This document shows, piece after piece, positions 29,267 to 38,920 of a stretch of 38,920 bases of DNA. This stretch comes from an uncultured Methanosarcinales archaeon (GTDB taxonomy: Archaea; Halobacteriota; Methanosarcinia; Methanosarcinales; Methanosarcinaceae): the NCBI GenBank assembly GCA_964435275.1, contig CAYSZA010000001.1:1-38920 (forward strand). The letters are read 5' to 3'. Made by a program: the position numbers and the translations under genes. The notes beneath the pieces were generated by a model. That model ran no database searches. It was not told where the DNA came from and saw nothing but the letters and a program-made list of their open reading frames with translations. Positions within the stretch are counted from its first letter, which is position 1. Every line of letters begins with the position of its first letter.

Positions 29267-30637
29267 ATGGATATAACTGCAGAACTTCGAAAGATCGTTG
29301 GCGAGCGACTCTCTGTCTCGCCTTCGGAGCTTTACTGTTATTCTTCTGATGCATCCCAGGTCAAGGGAATACCTGATTACGTGGTACGCCCGAAAAGCAC
29401 AGACGAAGTAAGCCGGATTGTCAGGCTTGCGTATGAGAACGATATTCCTGTAACTGCGAGGGGAGCAGGCACCGGGCTTGCGGGTGGCGCAGTTCCTGTT
29501 GGAGGGGGTATTGTGCTGGATATGTCGGGCATGAACCGAATTCTTGAAATCGATATTGATAACATCCAGGTCGTGGTAGAGCCCGGAATTATTCAGGATG
29601 CTTTAAACGATACGCTGAAGCCGTATGGCTTTTTCTTTCCGCCTAATCCAGGCAGTTCAGCCATGTGCACTATCGGAGGTATGATAGCTTACAACGCAAG
29701 CGGAATGCGTTGCGTTAAATACGGCACTACCAGAAACTATGTTCGCGACCTGGAAGTGGTTCTTGCGGACGGGACAGTTATACACACCGGTTCAAAGATG
29801 TTAAAATCCGCTGCAGGATATGATTTGACCCAGCTTATTATAGGTTCGGAAGGTACACTTGGAATTGTCACAAAAGCCGGTCTGAAAATTGCCCCCCTCC
29901 CGAAAACTCGAAAACTGGTCATTGCCTCCTTTGAAAATGCGGAAATTGCAGGGCAGGCTGTTGTAAAAACCTTCTCAAACGGGGTCATTCCTTCAGCCTG
30001 CGAGATTCTGGATAGGGTTTCCCTGCAGGTTCTCAAACGTTACGACCCGAATCTTGTACTCCCTTCGGAAGGTGATATACTTCTCTTCGAGGTTGACGGC
30101 ACTGAAAGCTCAGCGCGTGAAGCTGCAGAGCAGATAATGAAAGTCTGTGCTTCCCTGGCGCTTTCCATAAGGCTTGCGGAAAGTGAAAAGGAAATGGCTG
30201 ACATCTGGGCAGCCAGAAAGCTAGTAGGAGCTGCAGTTTCCCGCCTGGACCCGACCAAGACTCGCATTTATGTCGGAGAAGACGTGGGAGTTCCTATAAA
30301 GCAGATTCCGGAACTGCTAAAACGAGCACAGGAAATTTCCGAAAAATTTAGCCTGCCTGCTATGAAATATGGGCACATAGGAGACGGGAACCTGCATCTT
30401 GCCCTCTTTATTGATGTGCTGAACAAAGATGAATGGGACCGCCTGAACAGAGCCGCAGATTTGATCCACAGGACAGCGATTGAGCTTGGAGGTACGGTCA
30501 GTTCCGAACATGGGGTAGGAGCAGCAAGGGCCGAATATATGAAAGTCCAGTGGGGACCTGCCCTTGAGGTAATGCGTGCAATCAAGAAAGTCCTTGACCC
30601 GAAAGGTATACTGAATCCGGGGAAACTGGGGCTGTGA
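29267..30637 (+). CDS. glcD: FAD-linked oxidase, GlcD / D-lactate dehydrogenase family
   Basis: RGAGTGLAGG, GSEGTLG, GHIGDGNLH, EHGVG and DPKGILNPGK. ATG 29267 follows GAGGT. Confidence 0.88.
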   Translation: MDITAELRKIVGERLSVSPSELYCYSSDASQVKGIPDYVVRPKSTDEVSRIVRLAYENDIPVTARGAGTGLAGGAVPVGGGIVLDMSGMNRILEIDIDNIQVVVEPGIIQDALNDTLKPYGFFFPPNPGSSAMCTIGGMIAYNASGMRCVKYGTTRNYVRDLEVVLADGTVIHTGSKMLKSAAGYDLTQLIIGSEGTLGIVTKAGLKIAPLPKTRKLVIASFENAEIAGQAVVKTFSNGVIPSACEILDRVSLQVLKRYDPNLVLPSEGDILLFEVDGTESSAREAAEQIMKVCASLALSIRLAESEKEMADIWAARKLVGAAVSRLDPTKTRIYVGEDVGVPIKQIPELLKRAQEISEKFSLPAMKYGHIGDGNLHLALFIDVLNKDEWDRLNRAADLIHRTAIELGGTVSSEHGVGAARAEYMKVQWGPALEVMRAIKKVLDPKGILNPGKLGL

Positions 30638-31794
30638 AAACCATGAAAAACGAAGGAAAAAAGGAAATTGAGCAGGCAAAAAAGCCGGATAAAACCGGAA
30701 TTACCGGGAAAGAGAGTAAGAGGCAGGCATTTGAAGTTGACCGCAGGTCTGTTTACAAGTGTGTTCAGTGCGGGACCTGCCGCTCGGTCTGCCCTGTGTT
30801 TGACGTGGTTGGGTGGGAATCTGCCAATACACGCGGCAGAATGCTGATTATCAAAAGCCTGCTCGAAGGCAGGCCACCTTCTGAAGATGTTCTTCCAAGT
30901 CTGGCTTCGTGTACAACCTGCGGAATCTGTGCCTCCAGGTGTCCTGCAGGAGCAAACCCTTCTGAGGTTGTGGAAGCTGCCCGTGCTCAGCTTGTGAAAT
31001 GCGGCATCACAACAGACGCCCAGGAAAAACTGAAGTCGGCAGTTGTAACATGCGGAAACTCTTTCGGGGAAACGAAGGACCGCAAACATTGGCTTTCCGA
31101 AACAGAACGCTCAAAGCTCCCTGAAAAATCAGATTACATCTATTTCGTGGGCTGCTTCGATTCCTACCGCTACCCGGAGTTTGCCAAGAAAACCTTTGAA
31201 GTTCTGCAGTGCTTCGGAGTAACTCTCCTGCCTGACGAGCAGTGCTGCGCTTCTCCTCTCCTGCGTACCGGATTTAAGGAGGAAGCAGAAAAAATCATGG
31301 AGCGCAATCTTGAACAGATCAGGAAAGTGGGAGCGCACACAATTATTACAAGTTGTGCCGGGTGTTATACAACCTTGAAGAACAACTATCCTGAAGAACT
31401 GAAGGTCATCAGTCTCCCTGAATTCCTTGCCGAGCGTCTGGAAGAACTCAGTTTGAACAAGCTTGACCTGACAGTTACCTATCATGACCCCTGTCACCTG
31501 GGCAGGCATAATGAGGTTTATGACGCTCCAAGAAAGGTTATCCAGGCAATCTGTACTCTCAAGGAAATGAAAAACATTAAAGAAAACGCACGCTGTTGCG
31601 GCGGTGGAGGCGGAGTAAGGATAGGATATCCTGAGATTTCCCTTGAGCTTGCAAGAAACAGACTTCAGGACGTGCCAGAAGGCGTAGACTACATTGTTAC
31701 CTCCTGCCCCCTCTGCGTAAGAAACCTCAGGGACGCAAGCGGAGATCTAGAGGTCATTGATATTGTAGAACTCGTGGCAATGGCAATGGAATAG
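30634..31794 (+). CDS. Fe-S protein with 2x[4Fe-4S] and CCG domains (GlcF/HdrD-like)
   Basis: CVQCGTCRSVCP, CTTCGICASRCP, QCCA, YHDPCHLGR, CCGGGG and TSCPLC. It overlaps the glcD stop codon. Confidence 0.9.
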   Translation: MKTMKNEGKKEIEQAKKPDKTGITGKESKRQAFEVDRRSVYKCVQCGTCRSVCPVFDVVGWESANTRGRMLIIKSLLEGRPPSEDVLPSLASCTTCGICASRCPAGANPSEVVEAARAQLVKCGITTDAQEKLKSAVVTCGNSFGETKDRKHWLSETERSKLPEKSDYIYFVGCFDSYRYPEFAKKTFEVLQCFGVTLLPDEQCCASPLLRTGFKEEAEKIMERNLEQIRKVGAHTIITSCAGCYTTLKNNYPEELKVISLPEFLAERLEELSLNKLDLTVTYHDPCHLGRHNEVYDAPRKVIQAICTLKEMKNIKENARCCGGGGGVRIGYPEISLELARNRLQDVPEGVDYIVTSCPLCVRNLRDASGDLEVIDIVELVAMAME

Positions 31795-32109
31795 TCTGGC
31801 TGCTTTTGAGTCTGCCATTCTAAGTTTAACTGCCTGCTTCTCAGTTGACTTTATTAAGGGTCGGTTTGATTCGACTCTCCCATTCTTTTTTAGTTTTTTG
31901 TAATGATCCTATCTTTCAGTTTATCTTCCCGGATCGCTCACAACAATTCTCTGATATATTCTCTGATATCTTTCAGGATCGACAATACAAATTCTCTGAC
32001 CTCTATTCACGGCAATATGGCATCATACTTTTATTTCCGGAAAACGACTCTTGTTTATTGGAATTTACGGCCGGATATGAACTTTAAGATAGGTTAGGAG
32101 GGCACAATA

Positions 32110-32367
32110 ATGAGTTGTAGACCGATAAAATTTCATAACGTTCCGCCTGAGACGTTTAACTGCATGAAGAAAAAGCTTCAGAACTCTGGTATCCATGTCC
32201 CGCCAGGCAACAGAGGAGAACTATCTGGCAAAGGGATCACTGCGGATTTCGAATGGGACGGGCAGTCCAATCTCACCATCACAATTACTGAAAAACCTTT
32301 CATCGTCAGCTGTGAAGTCGCAGCCATGAAAATAAAAGGTTTCGTAAGAGAGTGCCATGGTTCGTAA
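32110..32367 (+). CDS. Small hypothetical protein, paralogue 1 (4 Cys)
   Basis: AGGAGG ribosome-binding site; clearly homologous to the next ORF. Confidence 0.8.
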   Translation: MSCRPIKFHNVPPETFNCMKKKLQNSGIHVPPGNRGELSGKGITADFEWDGQSNLTITITEKPFIVSCEVAAMKIKGFVRECHGS

Positions 32368-32453
32368 GATTTATCTCAATTCTTGAAGAAATTCAGGAAT
32401 TAACTTTGGACTATTATAGGAACTAATTTCATGGAAAGTTTCGGATTAAAACT

Positions 32454-32735
32454 ATGGGCGAAAGGAAACTGGATACTGAAGGCTGCCAGGGAATTAAATT
32501 CAAAAATGTAACTCCTGGTGTATTTTCATGCATGAAGAAAAAACTTCAGAGCTACGGCATCATCGTTCCATCCGGAAATTCCGGGGTAATTGAGGGTAAC
32601 GGAATAGTTGCCCACTTTAGCTGGGACGGTGAGGCGAACCTGTTAATTGAGATTACGGAAAGACCTCTGAACACCTACTGCGGGCAGGTAAGTGGGAAGC
32701 TCAGGGCTTTCTTTCGCGAGTGTCAGGGACTGTAA
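32454..32735 (+). CDS. Small hypothetical protein, paralogue 2 (4 Cys)
   Basis: Shares IKF.NV.P..F.CMKKKLQ..GI.VP.GN.G and F.WDG..NL.I.ITE.P with the previous ORF. Confidence 0.8.
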   Translation: MGERKLDTEGCQGIKFKNVTPGVFSCMKKKLQSYGIIVPSGNSGVIEGNGIVAHFSWDGEANLLIEITERPLNTYCGQVSGKLRAFFRECQGL

Positions 32736-32832
32736 AATGAATTGTGGCAGGATACCAGGTTTGTCTTCAACTTATTTAAGCAAAGAATTAACGATTCACT
32801 CTAATTTTCATGCAAAGAGCCTTTAAGAGCCT

Positions 32833-35109
32833 TTATTTTTGCCGCTTATCTTTTCTTCTTATCAGACAACTCCGGGCGTTTCCCACAAGGTCAAGTCTTC
32901 CTGCTTTTTCCAGAGCTTCATATACAAGCTCGTAATTTGCAGGACTCCTGTAGTGCATGAGGGCTCTCTGCATGGCTTTTTCTTTTTTGTCTCTTGCAAC
33001 GTATACTTTTTTGCCTGTGAATGGATCAAGGCCTGTATAATACATGCATGTCGATACGGTCATGGGGGTTGGGGTGAAGTCCTGCACCTGTTCGGTGTAA
33101 CCTCCGTGGTCCCTCACATACTCGGCCATTTCTATCATATCTTCAAGGGTACAGCCAGGATGCCCTGACATCAGGTAGTTTACAATGTACTGTTCTTTGC
33201 CGCATTTACGGTTGAGAGCTGTAAATTTCTGGGCAAACTTTTCGTAGATTTCCCTGCCAGGCTTGCACATTGCATTCGTGACCTGGCTTGAAAAATGTTC
33301 AGGTGCAATTCGCAATTGTCCGCTAATGTGGTAAGTGCAAAGTTCCTGTAGATACTCTTCATCCTTAAGAGCCAGGTCATAGCGTACCCCATAACCTGTA
33401 AAGACCTGTTTGACCCCTGGAAGCTTGCGCAGGCGGCGTAAGAGTTCGAGCAGCTTTTTGTGGCTTGTATCCAGGGCAGGGCAGATACGAGGATAAAGGC
33501 AGGATTTATCCAGGCAGGCTCCTTTTTTTTCCCAGGTTTCACACTCCATGCCGTACATATTTGCACTTGGACCGCCCACTCCATTTATAATGCCCTTAAA
33601 ATCCGGTTTTTCTGTGAGTTTTTTAGCTTCACGGAGAACGGACTCAATACTGCGGCTTGCAATCATGCGTCCCTGGTGCTGTGTAATTGCACAGAAAGCA
33701 CAGCCTCCGAAACAACCCCTGTGTATTGTCAGGGAGAATTTTACCATTTCCAGGGCAGGAATGGGTTCGGTGTAGGAAGGGTGGGCTTCGCCAGTGAACG
33801 GCAGTTCATATACGTGATCCATCTCAGTCTCGGTCAGGAGGCGCATTGGCCTGTTCTGCACGATTACGGTTTTCGGGTGGAGCTGGACAACACCTTTTCC
33901 AGTAACAGGGTTCTGTTCTGCGTAATACATGCGAAAAGCCTTTGCAAAGGCTGTTTTATCCTGGGAAACCTCTGAAAAGGAAGGGATTTCAATGTATTCC
34001 CTTAAAAATTCGGTACTTTCTCCGGCTGTTTTCCCGTTCCTTTGTTCAGGTTTGTCCTGTTCCGGTTTATCTGATCTCTTGTCTGGCTTTTCGATTCTCT
34101 CTTTGTTCTCTGATTTTTCAACTCTTTCTTTGAGCTCTTTCCAGGCTTTGACTTCCATCTTCCAGACTGTACCCGGAATATCTCTGATACTTTTGATATC
34201 CTCCCCGGCCTGCAATCGTTTTGCAATTTCCACGATCTGAAGCTCTCCCATGCCGTAGATTACGAGGTCAGCGGGTGCATCAGCCAGAATTGATTGTCTA
34301 ACTTTATCCGAAAGATAATCGTAATGGGCAAAACGCCGTAAGGAAGCTTCAATTCCTCCGAGCACTATAGGCATTTCAGGGAAGGCTTCTTTTATCCTGT
34401 TCGAGTAGATGACTACTGCACGGTTCGGGCGAAGCCCTGCTTTCCCTCCTGGAGAATAAGCATCCTTATCACGTGGTTTCAGGCCTGGAGTCAGGTTACT
34501 GACCATAGAATCGGTATTTCCTGCACTAACTGAGAAGAAGAGTTTTGGTTTTCCAAGTCTTTTAAAGTCTTCAGGACTGTCCCAGCGCGGTTGGGCAATC
34601 ACCCCTACTCTGAAGCCAGCATCTTCAAGAACTCTTCCTATTATTGCCGTGCCAAAACTGGAGTGGTCTACATAGGCATCCCCAGTGACCAGAATAATGT
34701 CAAGTTCTTTCCAGCCACGAGCTTTCATTTCCTTAGGGCTCATCGGAAGGAACTTTGATTCAGGTATATGGGAAGAACCGGATTTTTCTTTCCTTTCCCT
34801 CTTTCCTTGTCTGGTTTCGGTTCTTTCTGGTTTTTCCCTATTTCTATCGGGAATTTTGCTTCGGATGTTTTTCTTTCCCGCTTCTGACGAGGGCTTTACT
34901 TTTAAGGGCTCAGCTTCCGTTTTTCTGTCCTGGGCTTTTTCGGGTTTTTTTCTGGGTTTCGTGCCTGATTCTGCTCCTTCTTTTGTTTTTTTCTTTTCTT
35001 CAACTTTTTTTGGGACAAAAAAACCGATTTCTCTAGTCGATTCTTCTTTACTCGATTTTTTGAGGCTCAAATTCTTACATTTCTTTGAAATTGCTTCATC
35101 TTTCGCCAT
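32833..35109 (-). CDS. YgiQ/UPF0313 radical SAM protein
   Basis: VTGDAYVDH, GGIEASLRR, RGCFGGCAFC (CxxxCxxC) and QDFTPTP, plus a Lys/Glu-rich N-terminal extension. Confidence 0.93.
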   Translation of the reverse strand: MAKDEAISKKCKNLSLKKSSKEESTREIGFFVPKKVEEKKKTKEGAESGTKPRKKPEKAQDRKTEAEPLKVKPSSEAGKKNIRSKIPDRNREKPERTETRQGKRERKEKSGSSHIPESKFLPMSPKEMKARGWKELDIILVTGDAYVDHSSFGTAIIGRVLEDAGFRVGVIAQPRWDSPEDFKRLGKPKLFFSVSAGNTDSMVSNLTPGLKPRDKDAYSPGGKAGLRPNRAVVIYSNRIKEAFPEMPIVLGGIEASLRRFAHYDYLSDKVRQSILADAPADLVIYGMGELQIVEIAKRLQAGEDIKSIRDIPGTVWKMEVKAWKELKERVEKSENKERIEKPDKRSDKPEQDKPEQRNGKTAGESTEFLREYIEIPSFSEVSQDKTAFAKAFRMYYAEQNPVTGKGVVQLHPKTVIVQNRPMRLLTETEMDHVYELPFTGEAHPSYTEPIPALEMVKFSLTIHRGCFGGCAFCAITQHQGRMIASRSIESVLREAKKLTEKPDFKGIINGVGGPSANMYGMECETWEKKGACLDKSCLYPRICPALDTSHKKLLELLRRLRKLPGVKQVFTGYGVRYDLALKDEEYLQELCTYHISGQLRIAPEHFSSQVTNAMCKPGREIYEKFAQKFTALNRKCGKEQYIVNYLMSGHPGCTLEDMIEMAEYVRDHGGYTEQVQDFTPTPMTVSTCMYYTGLDPFTGKKVYVARDKKEKAMQRALMHYRSPANYELVYEALEKAGRLDLVGNARSCLIRRKDKRQK

Positions 35110-35211
35110 AATCTGCTTTAGAGCTCCTCATTATCTTTGATCTCTGCTTAAATAGCTACGTACATTGTTTTCATACAAGAAATGTCTTCCAGACTGGTTT
35201 ATAGATCGTCT

Positions 35212-35853
35212 TTATTCTCCCGTCATCATTTTTAACATTCTGTACGAAGCCATGATCTGGCTGTTCCCATTCCTATCCGCAGGAGCTCCGTGTCCAGAGT
35301 ACAGGGTCTTCACATCCAGTTTTGTGAGCTTTTCTATTGAGCCAGCCATTTTTTCAGGCTCTGAACCCTCAAAGTCCATTCTTCCGAAACCCCCACCCGG
35401 AAAAACAGTATCTCCGGAAAAGAGACTTTTTGAGATAGGTTCATATAGGCAGATACTTCCTTTTGAATGGCCAGGGGTATGGATAACTTCCAGGTATTCC
35501 CCGTTCCCTATGTCAATTTTATCTCCTTCTTCATATGTAATCGTGGGTCTGACCTCAGGGGCTCGGTCTCCAAAAAGTACGGATACGCTGAGGTATTCGT
35601 CATTCACACCTTCCAGGTCAGCTTTGTGTATCCCGACTTTTGCCCCGCTCTTCTCTGCAATGGCTGCTGCTGCCGCAGTGTGATCATAATGACAATGGGT
35701 CAAGATTATAAGTTCCAGGTCATTAAGTTTTATATATTTCTCCAGTTGCTTGATAATCAGGTCGCTGTTCATTCCAGTATCAATCAGGACCTTTCTATTT
35801 ACCAGATATACGCTGGAATCGTAAGCTGTGGGGCAAATGTACCGGACTTCCAT
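35212..35853 (-). CDS. MBL-fold metallo-hydrolase (glyoxalase II-like)
   Basis: IDTG, THCHYDH, HTPGHS, SGDT and SGHG. Start placed at ATG 35853 after GAGGA. Confidence 0.9.
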   Translation of the reverse strand: MEVRYICPTAYDSSVYLVNRKVLIDTGMNSDLIIKQLEKYIKLNDLELIILTHCHYDHTAAAAAIAEKSGAKVGIHKADLEGVNDEYLSVSVLFGDRAPEVRPTITYEEGDKIDIGNGEYLEVIHTPGHSKGSICLYEPISKSLFSGDTVFPGGGFGRMDFEGSEPEKMAGSIEKLTKLDVKTLYSGHGAPADRNGNSQIMASYRMLKMMTGE

Positions 35854-35956
35854 GGTTCTTCCTCTTTTACTCCTCTTTTCTTTTTTCCTTACTCTTTTCC
35901 TTGAGCCTTTCGCATTGTTTCCAGTCATTCCTTGCTTTTAATTAAAGCCTCAAATT

Positions 35957-36730
35957 TTAGATATTAAAAGCCCTGCGAGCGTTTTCGGTAGTTGATTTTG
36001 CAATCTCTGACGGACCCATATCCTTAAGTTGCGCTACTACGGGGACTGAATCTACTATGAAGGCAGGCTCATTTCTTCCTTTGCGGGAAGACAGGAAGGG
36101 GCTGTCAGTTTCAAGAAGCAGGTTTTCAAGTGGCACGGCTTCTGCAAGAACCCGATGATGTTCGGAAAAGCAGACCAGAGTTGCCAGGGAAATGTAATAT
36201 CCCATGTCCACGATTTCCCTCATGGTCTCAACAGGGCCGCTGTAGCAGTGATAGATAACCGTATCCATATCTCTGACAAGCTTCAGCACTTCAGCTTCAG
36301 CCAGTCTCGCATGCACAACAAGAGGTTTGTCCAGGTCTTTTGCAAGCTCTATCACTTTGTTGAATGCCGCGGTCTGCCTCTTTCGCTCCTCATTTGTTTT
36401 GCAGTCCTGAAAGTCCAAGCCGGCTTCCCCAATACCTACTGCTTTTTCTGCATTGGCTTCAATCTGGGCAAGGATAGCATTTATCTCTCTATCCGGTCCT
36501 TCCCTTCCAATATCAGGACTCAGGCCAAGCGTGGCGTGAATATCTTCATGCTTTTCCGCAAGTTTAAGACTCATGTTGTTTCCCTTCAGGGAAATTCCGG
36601 AATTTATCATTCCGACCACCCCTGCTTCTCTGGCTCGGAGAATAGTCTCTTCCCTATCGCGGTTGAATTTAGGAAAATCAAGGTGACAGTGAGAATCAAT
36701 AATTGGATAAGGCATGGGTCTGTATTCCAT
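35957..36730 (-). CDS. tatD: TatD family nuclease
   Basis: IDSHCHL, IGEAGLD, VVHAR, HCYSG, LETDSP and RNEP. Confidence 0.92.
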   Translation of the reverse strand: MEYRPMPYPIIDSHCHLDFPKFNRDREETILRAREAGVVGMINSGISLKGNNMSLKLAEKHEDIHATLGLSPDIGREGPDREINAILAQIEANAEKAVGIGEAGLDFQDCKTNEERKRQTAAFNKVIELAKDLDKPLVVHARLAEAEVLKLVRDMDTVIYHCYSGPVETMREIVDMGYYISLATLVCFSEHHRVLAEAVPLENLLLETDSPFLSSRKGRNEPAFIVDSVPVVAQLKDMGPSEIAKSTTENARRAFNI

Positions 36731-36868
36731 CTCATTTTATTTTACTTTTTATACATGATTTATGGAATACAGATCCTAAAAACGAATATGCAGTTCTTAT
36801 CCGAGTTTTTATTTTTTCCTTACAACTTCCGGGCACTTTCAGTTAGTCCTGGTCGGTCCCGCTCAATT

Positions 36869-38377
36869 TTAGCTTTTCGACTCTTTTTTATACAGCAGGT
36901 TCATAGCATTTACAAGAGCTTCTACAGAGGCCATAACTATGTCCGGGTTTGCAGATCTAGCAGTTACGATTCTGCCCTTCTCATTTTCAAGCCCTATATA
37001 TACGTCTGCAAGGGCATCTGCTCCACCTGTAATTGCATCGATCCTGAATTCTTGGAGTTTGAAGTGGTTACTTTCTCCAAGGATATCCCTCACAGCATTG
37101 AGAGCGGCATCCACAGGGCCAACCCCTGTCTTTGCTGAAATAATTTCTTTGCCTTCAATGTCTGCCTTGACTACTGCAGTCGGTGTCAGGATATTTCCGG
37201 TCATTACGGAGACTTCCTTGAGCTTTATCAGTTCTTCTTCCGAGCTAGCTTTCCCGAGCACGGCAGAAGCGACCGCATAGAGGTCCGCATCCGTAATCTG
37301 TTTGCCCTTATTTGCAATTTCCTTAATTCGGGACACGATCTCATCGAGTTGTTTGTCATTGCTTATTATGCCCGCAGATTCGAGAGACTGCTTGACTGCA
37401 TGTTTGCCTGTGTGTTTACCAAGTACAATGCGCCGTTTGTGTCCTACCATTTCCGGTGTCATTATTCCAGGCTCGAAAGTATCGGATTTTTCGAGTACTC
37501 CCTGGCTGTGGATTCCTGATTCATGGGAAAAGGCATTCTGGCCCACTACAGGTGTATTCGGAGGAAGCCTCACTCCAGTATAGTTTTCAATCAATCTCGA
37601 AGTTTCTACAAGGTATTCGGTCCGAATATTCGTTTTTGCTCCGTACATTGCAACCAGGCTCATAACCGTCTGGGAAAGATCGGCATTTCCTGCCCTTTCT
37701 CCTATACCGTTTATAGTAACCTGGACCTGGGACGCGCCTGCTTCAACTGCCATGAGACTGTTTGCTACGGCAAGCCCGAAGTCATTGTGGCAATGCACAT
37801 CTATGGGAACCGTTATTTCGGCCGCGATATCCTTTATCTGCCTGTACATTGCAGATGGGACCATAACGCCAACAGTATCCGGCACGTTAATAATATCGCA
37901 TCCTGCCTCCTGAACTGCTTTAAAAACCTCTATGAGATATTCAGGCTCGGTTCTCGTAGCATCCATTGCAGAAAACATGCACTTACTCCCATGGTCTTTG
38001 ATGTACTGGACAGCCTCAACAGCCAGTCGAATCACTTCTTCCTGGCTTTTTTTGATGGTGTATGTCCGCTGTACTTCAGAAGTAGGGACGAAAGTATGCA
38101 CAAGTCCTACATCACTGTCAAAACAGGCATCAATATCTTTTTTCAATACACGGGCAAGTCCACAAACTTCAAGATCCAGTCCGGCATTAGAAATAGATTT
38201 TACGGATTCTTTATCTCCTTCTGATGAGATAGGAAATCCAGCTTCTATAATGTCTACCCCGAGTTTGTCAAGTTGACGGGCAATTTCCAGCTTCTGGGCA
38301 GAAGTTAGAGATACCCCAGGGGTTTGTTCTCCGTCACGCAGTGTTGTGTCAAAAACAGTTACCTTTTTATTCTGCAT
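36869..38377 (-). CDS. leuA: 2-isopropylmalate synthase / citramalate synthase family (with LeuA regulatory domain)
   Basis: DTTLRDGEQ, HCHNDFG, GERAGNA, HESGIH and GVGPVDA. LeuA and CimA cannot be fully separated by eye. Confidence 0.8.
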   Translation of the reverse strand: MQNKKVTVFDTTLRDGEQTPGVSLTSAQKLEIARQLDKLGVDIIEAGFPISSEGDKESVKSISNAGLDLEVCGLARVLKKDIDACFDSDVGLVHTFVPTSEVQRTYTIKKSQEEVIRLAVEAVQYIKDHGSKCMFSAMDATRTEPEYLIEVFKAVQEAGCDIINVPDTVGVMVPSAMYRQIKDIAAEITVPIDVHCHNDFGLAVANSLMAVEAGASQVQVTINGIGERAGNADLSQTVMSLVAMYGAKTNIRTEYLVETSRLIENYTGVRLPPNTPVVGQNAFSHESGIHSQGVLEKSDTFEPGIMTPEMVGHKRRIVLGKHTGKHAVKQSLESAGIISNDKQLDEIVSRIKEIANKGKQITDADLYAVASAVLGKASSEEELIKLKEVSVMTGNILTPTAVVKADIEGKEIISAKTGVGPVDAALNAVRDILGESNHFKLQEFRIDAITGGADALADVYIGLENEKGRIVTARSANPDIVMASVEALVNAMNLLYKKESKS

Positions 38378-38589
38378 GGGTTCGATGTAAAAATCGATCC
38401 CTTCTTTCGGTTCTTACATTCATGGTAATCATCTAGTTGAATGTAGATTTCTGGTATATAAATGACACGAGCGTTTTTAACCATTTATGTTTAAATTTTG
38501 TTTTTTAATATCTGGATGGAAAATTATATATACCAGATACCCCCTTCTAGGGTTGCTTCTCAAGGTGTCACACGACAACCAGGAGAATT

Positions 38590-38630
38590 AAAAACGAAAC
38601 TTGAAAAACGGGACTTGAAAAACGAGACTT
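38590..38630. repeat. 14-bp tandem repeat, 3 copies
   Basis: aaaaacgaaacttg / aaaaacgggacttg / aaaaacgagactt. Confidence 0.8.
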
Positions 38631-38879
38631 ATAGGTGCCAGAAAAACGGAATATGAAAACAATAACAGAAGGCATCTGGAGACATTGTTCTCGAATCAAT
38701 GGCTCATAAAAACGGACAAAGTTAAGGATTCAAAAGTAGGACTCTTTTGAAATCTTTCAACTATTTTTCTATTTCCCTCTTTCAAATTTGTTCAAGCTCC
38801 TTTGCAGGAGAAAATTTATATACAAGGTGTTCCTTGTATATAGTCCTCACATAAATCAGATGTGTTGAGGGGCGCAATA

Positions 38880-38894
38880 CAAAGCTTTAAATAC
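38880..38894 (+). promoter_or_regulatory. BRE + TATA for a transcript starting at or beyond the window end
   Basis: caaagCTTTAAATAc matches the archaeal promoter consensus. Confidence 0.5.
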
Positions 38895-38920
38895 TAGAAA
38901 TGCCTTGTAAGTATCCCTCG

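Noticed and set aside
36155..37138. 327-aa + strand ORF (also 30268-31089, 37523-38224 and other antisense ORFs)
   Set aside because: Antisense shadows of well-supported genes, with no protein motifs.

Overview
Chromosomal housekeeping region of a methanogenic archaeon. Gene content, gene order and the repeat-rich, AT-rich intergenic spacers point to Methanosarcina (recognised from memory, not from a search). It starts at the cdc6/orc1 locus and continues through a UPF0200 kinase, UPF0201, a TIM-barrel isomerase, a GGCT, a SelB-like GTPase, an Rnl3 RNA ligase, AIM24, five CBS-domain genes, RPA, an MFS transporter, Tpt1/KptA, RtcA, a flavin disulfide reductase, DnaG, UPF0058, RimI, ArcS, GlcD/GlcF, two small Cys-containing paralogues, a YgiQ radical SAM protein, an MBL hydrolase, TatD and LeuA. 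No tRNA, rRNA, CRISPR array or transposase was seen. The most interesting signals are non-coding. (1) The 1.5-kb gap before dnaG holds a densely base-paired, multi-branched putative RNA on the + strand and a divergent short structured transcript on the - strand. In both, the G-U pairs point consistently to one strand. (2) The best origin-recognition boxes (ORBs) are not at cdc6 but about 14 kb away beside rpa. Further ORB copies are embedded in coding sequence, including a near-perfect one inside rtcA.
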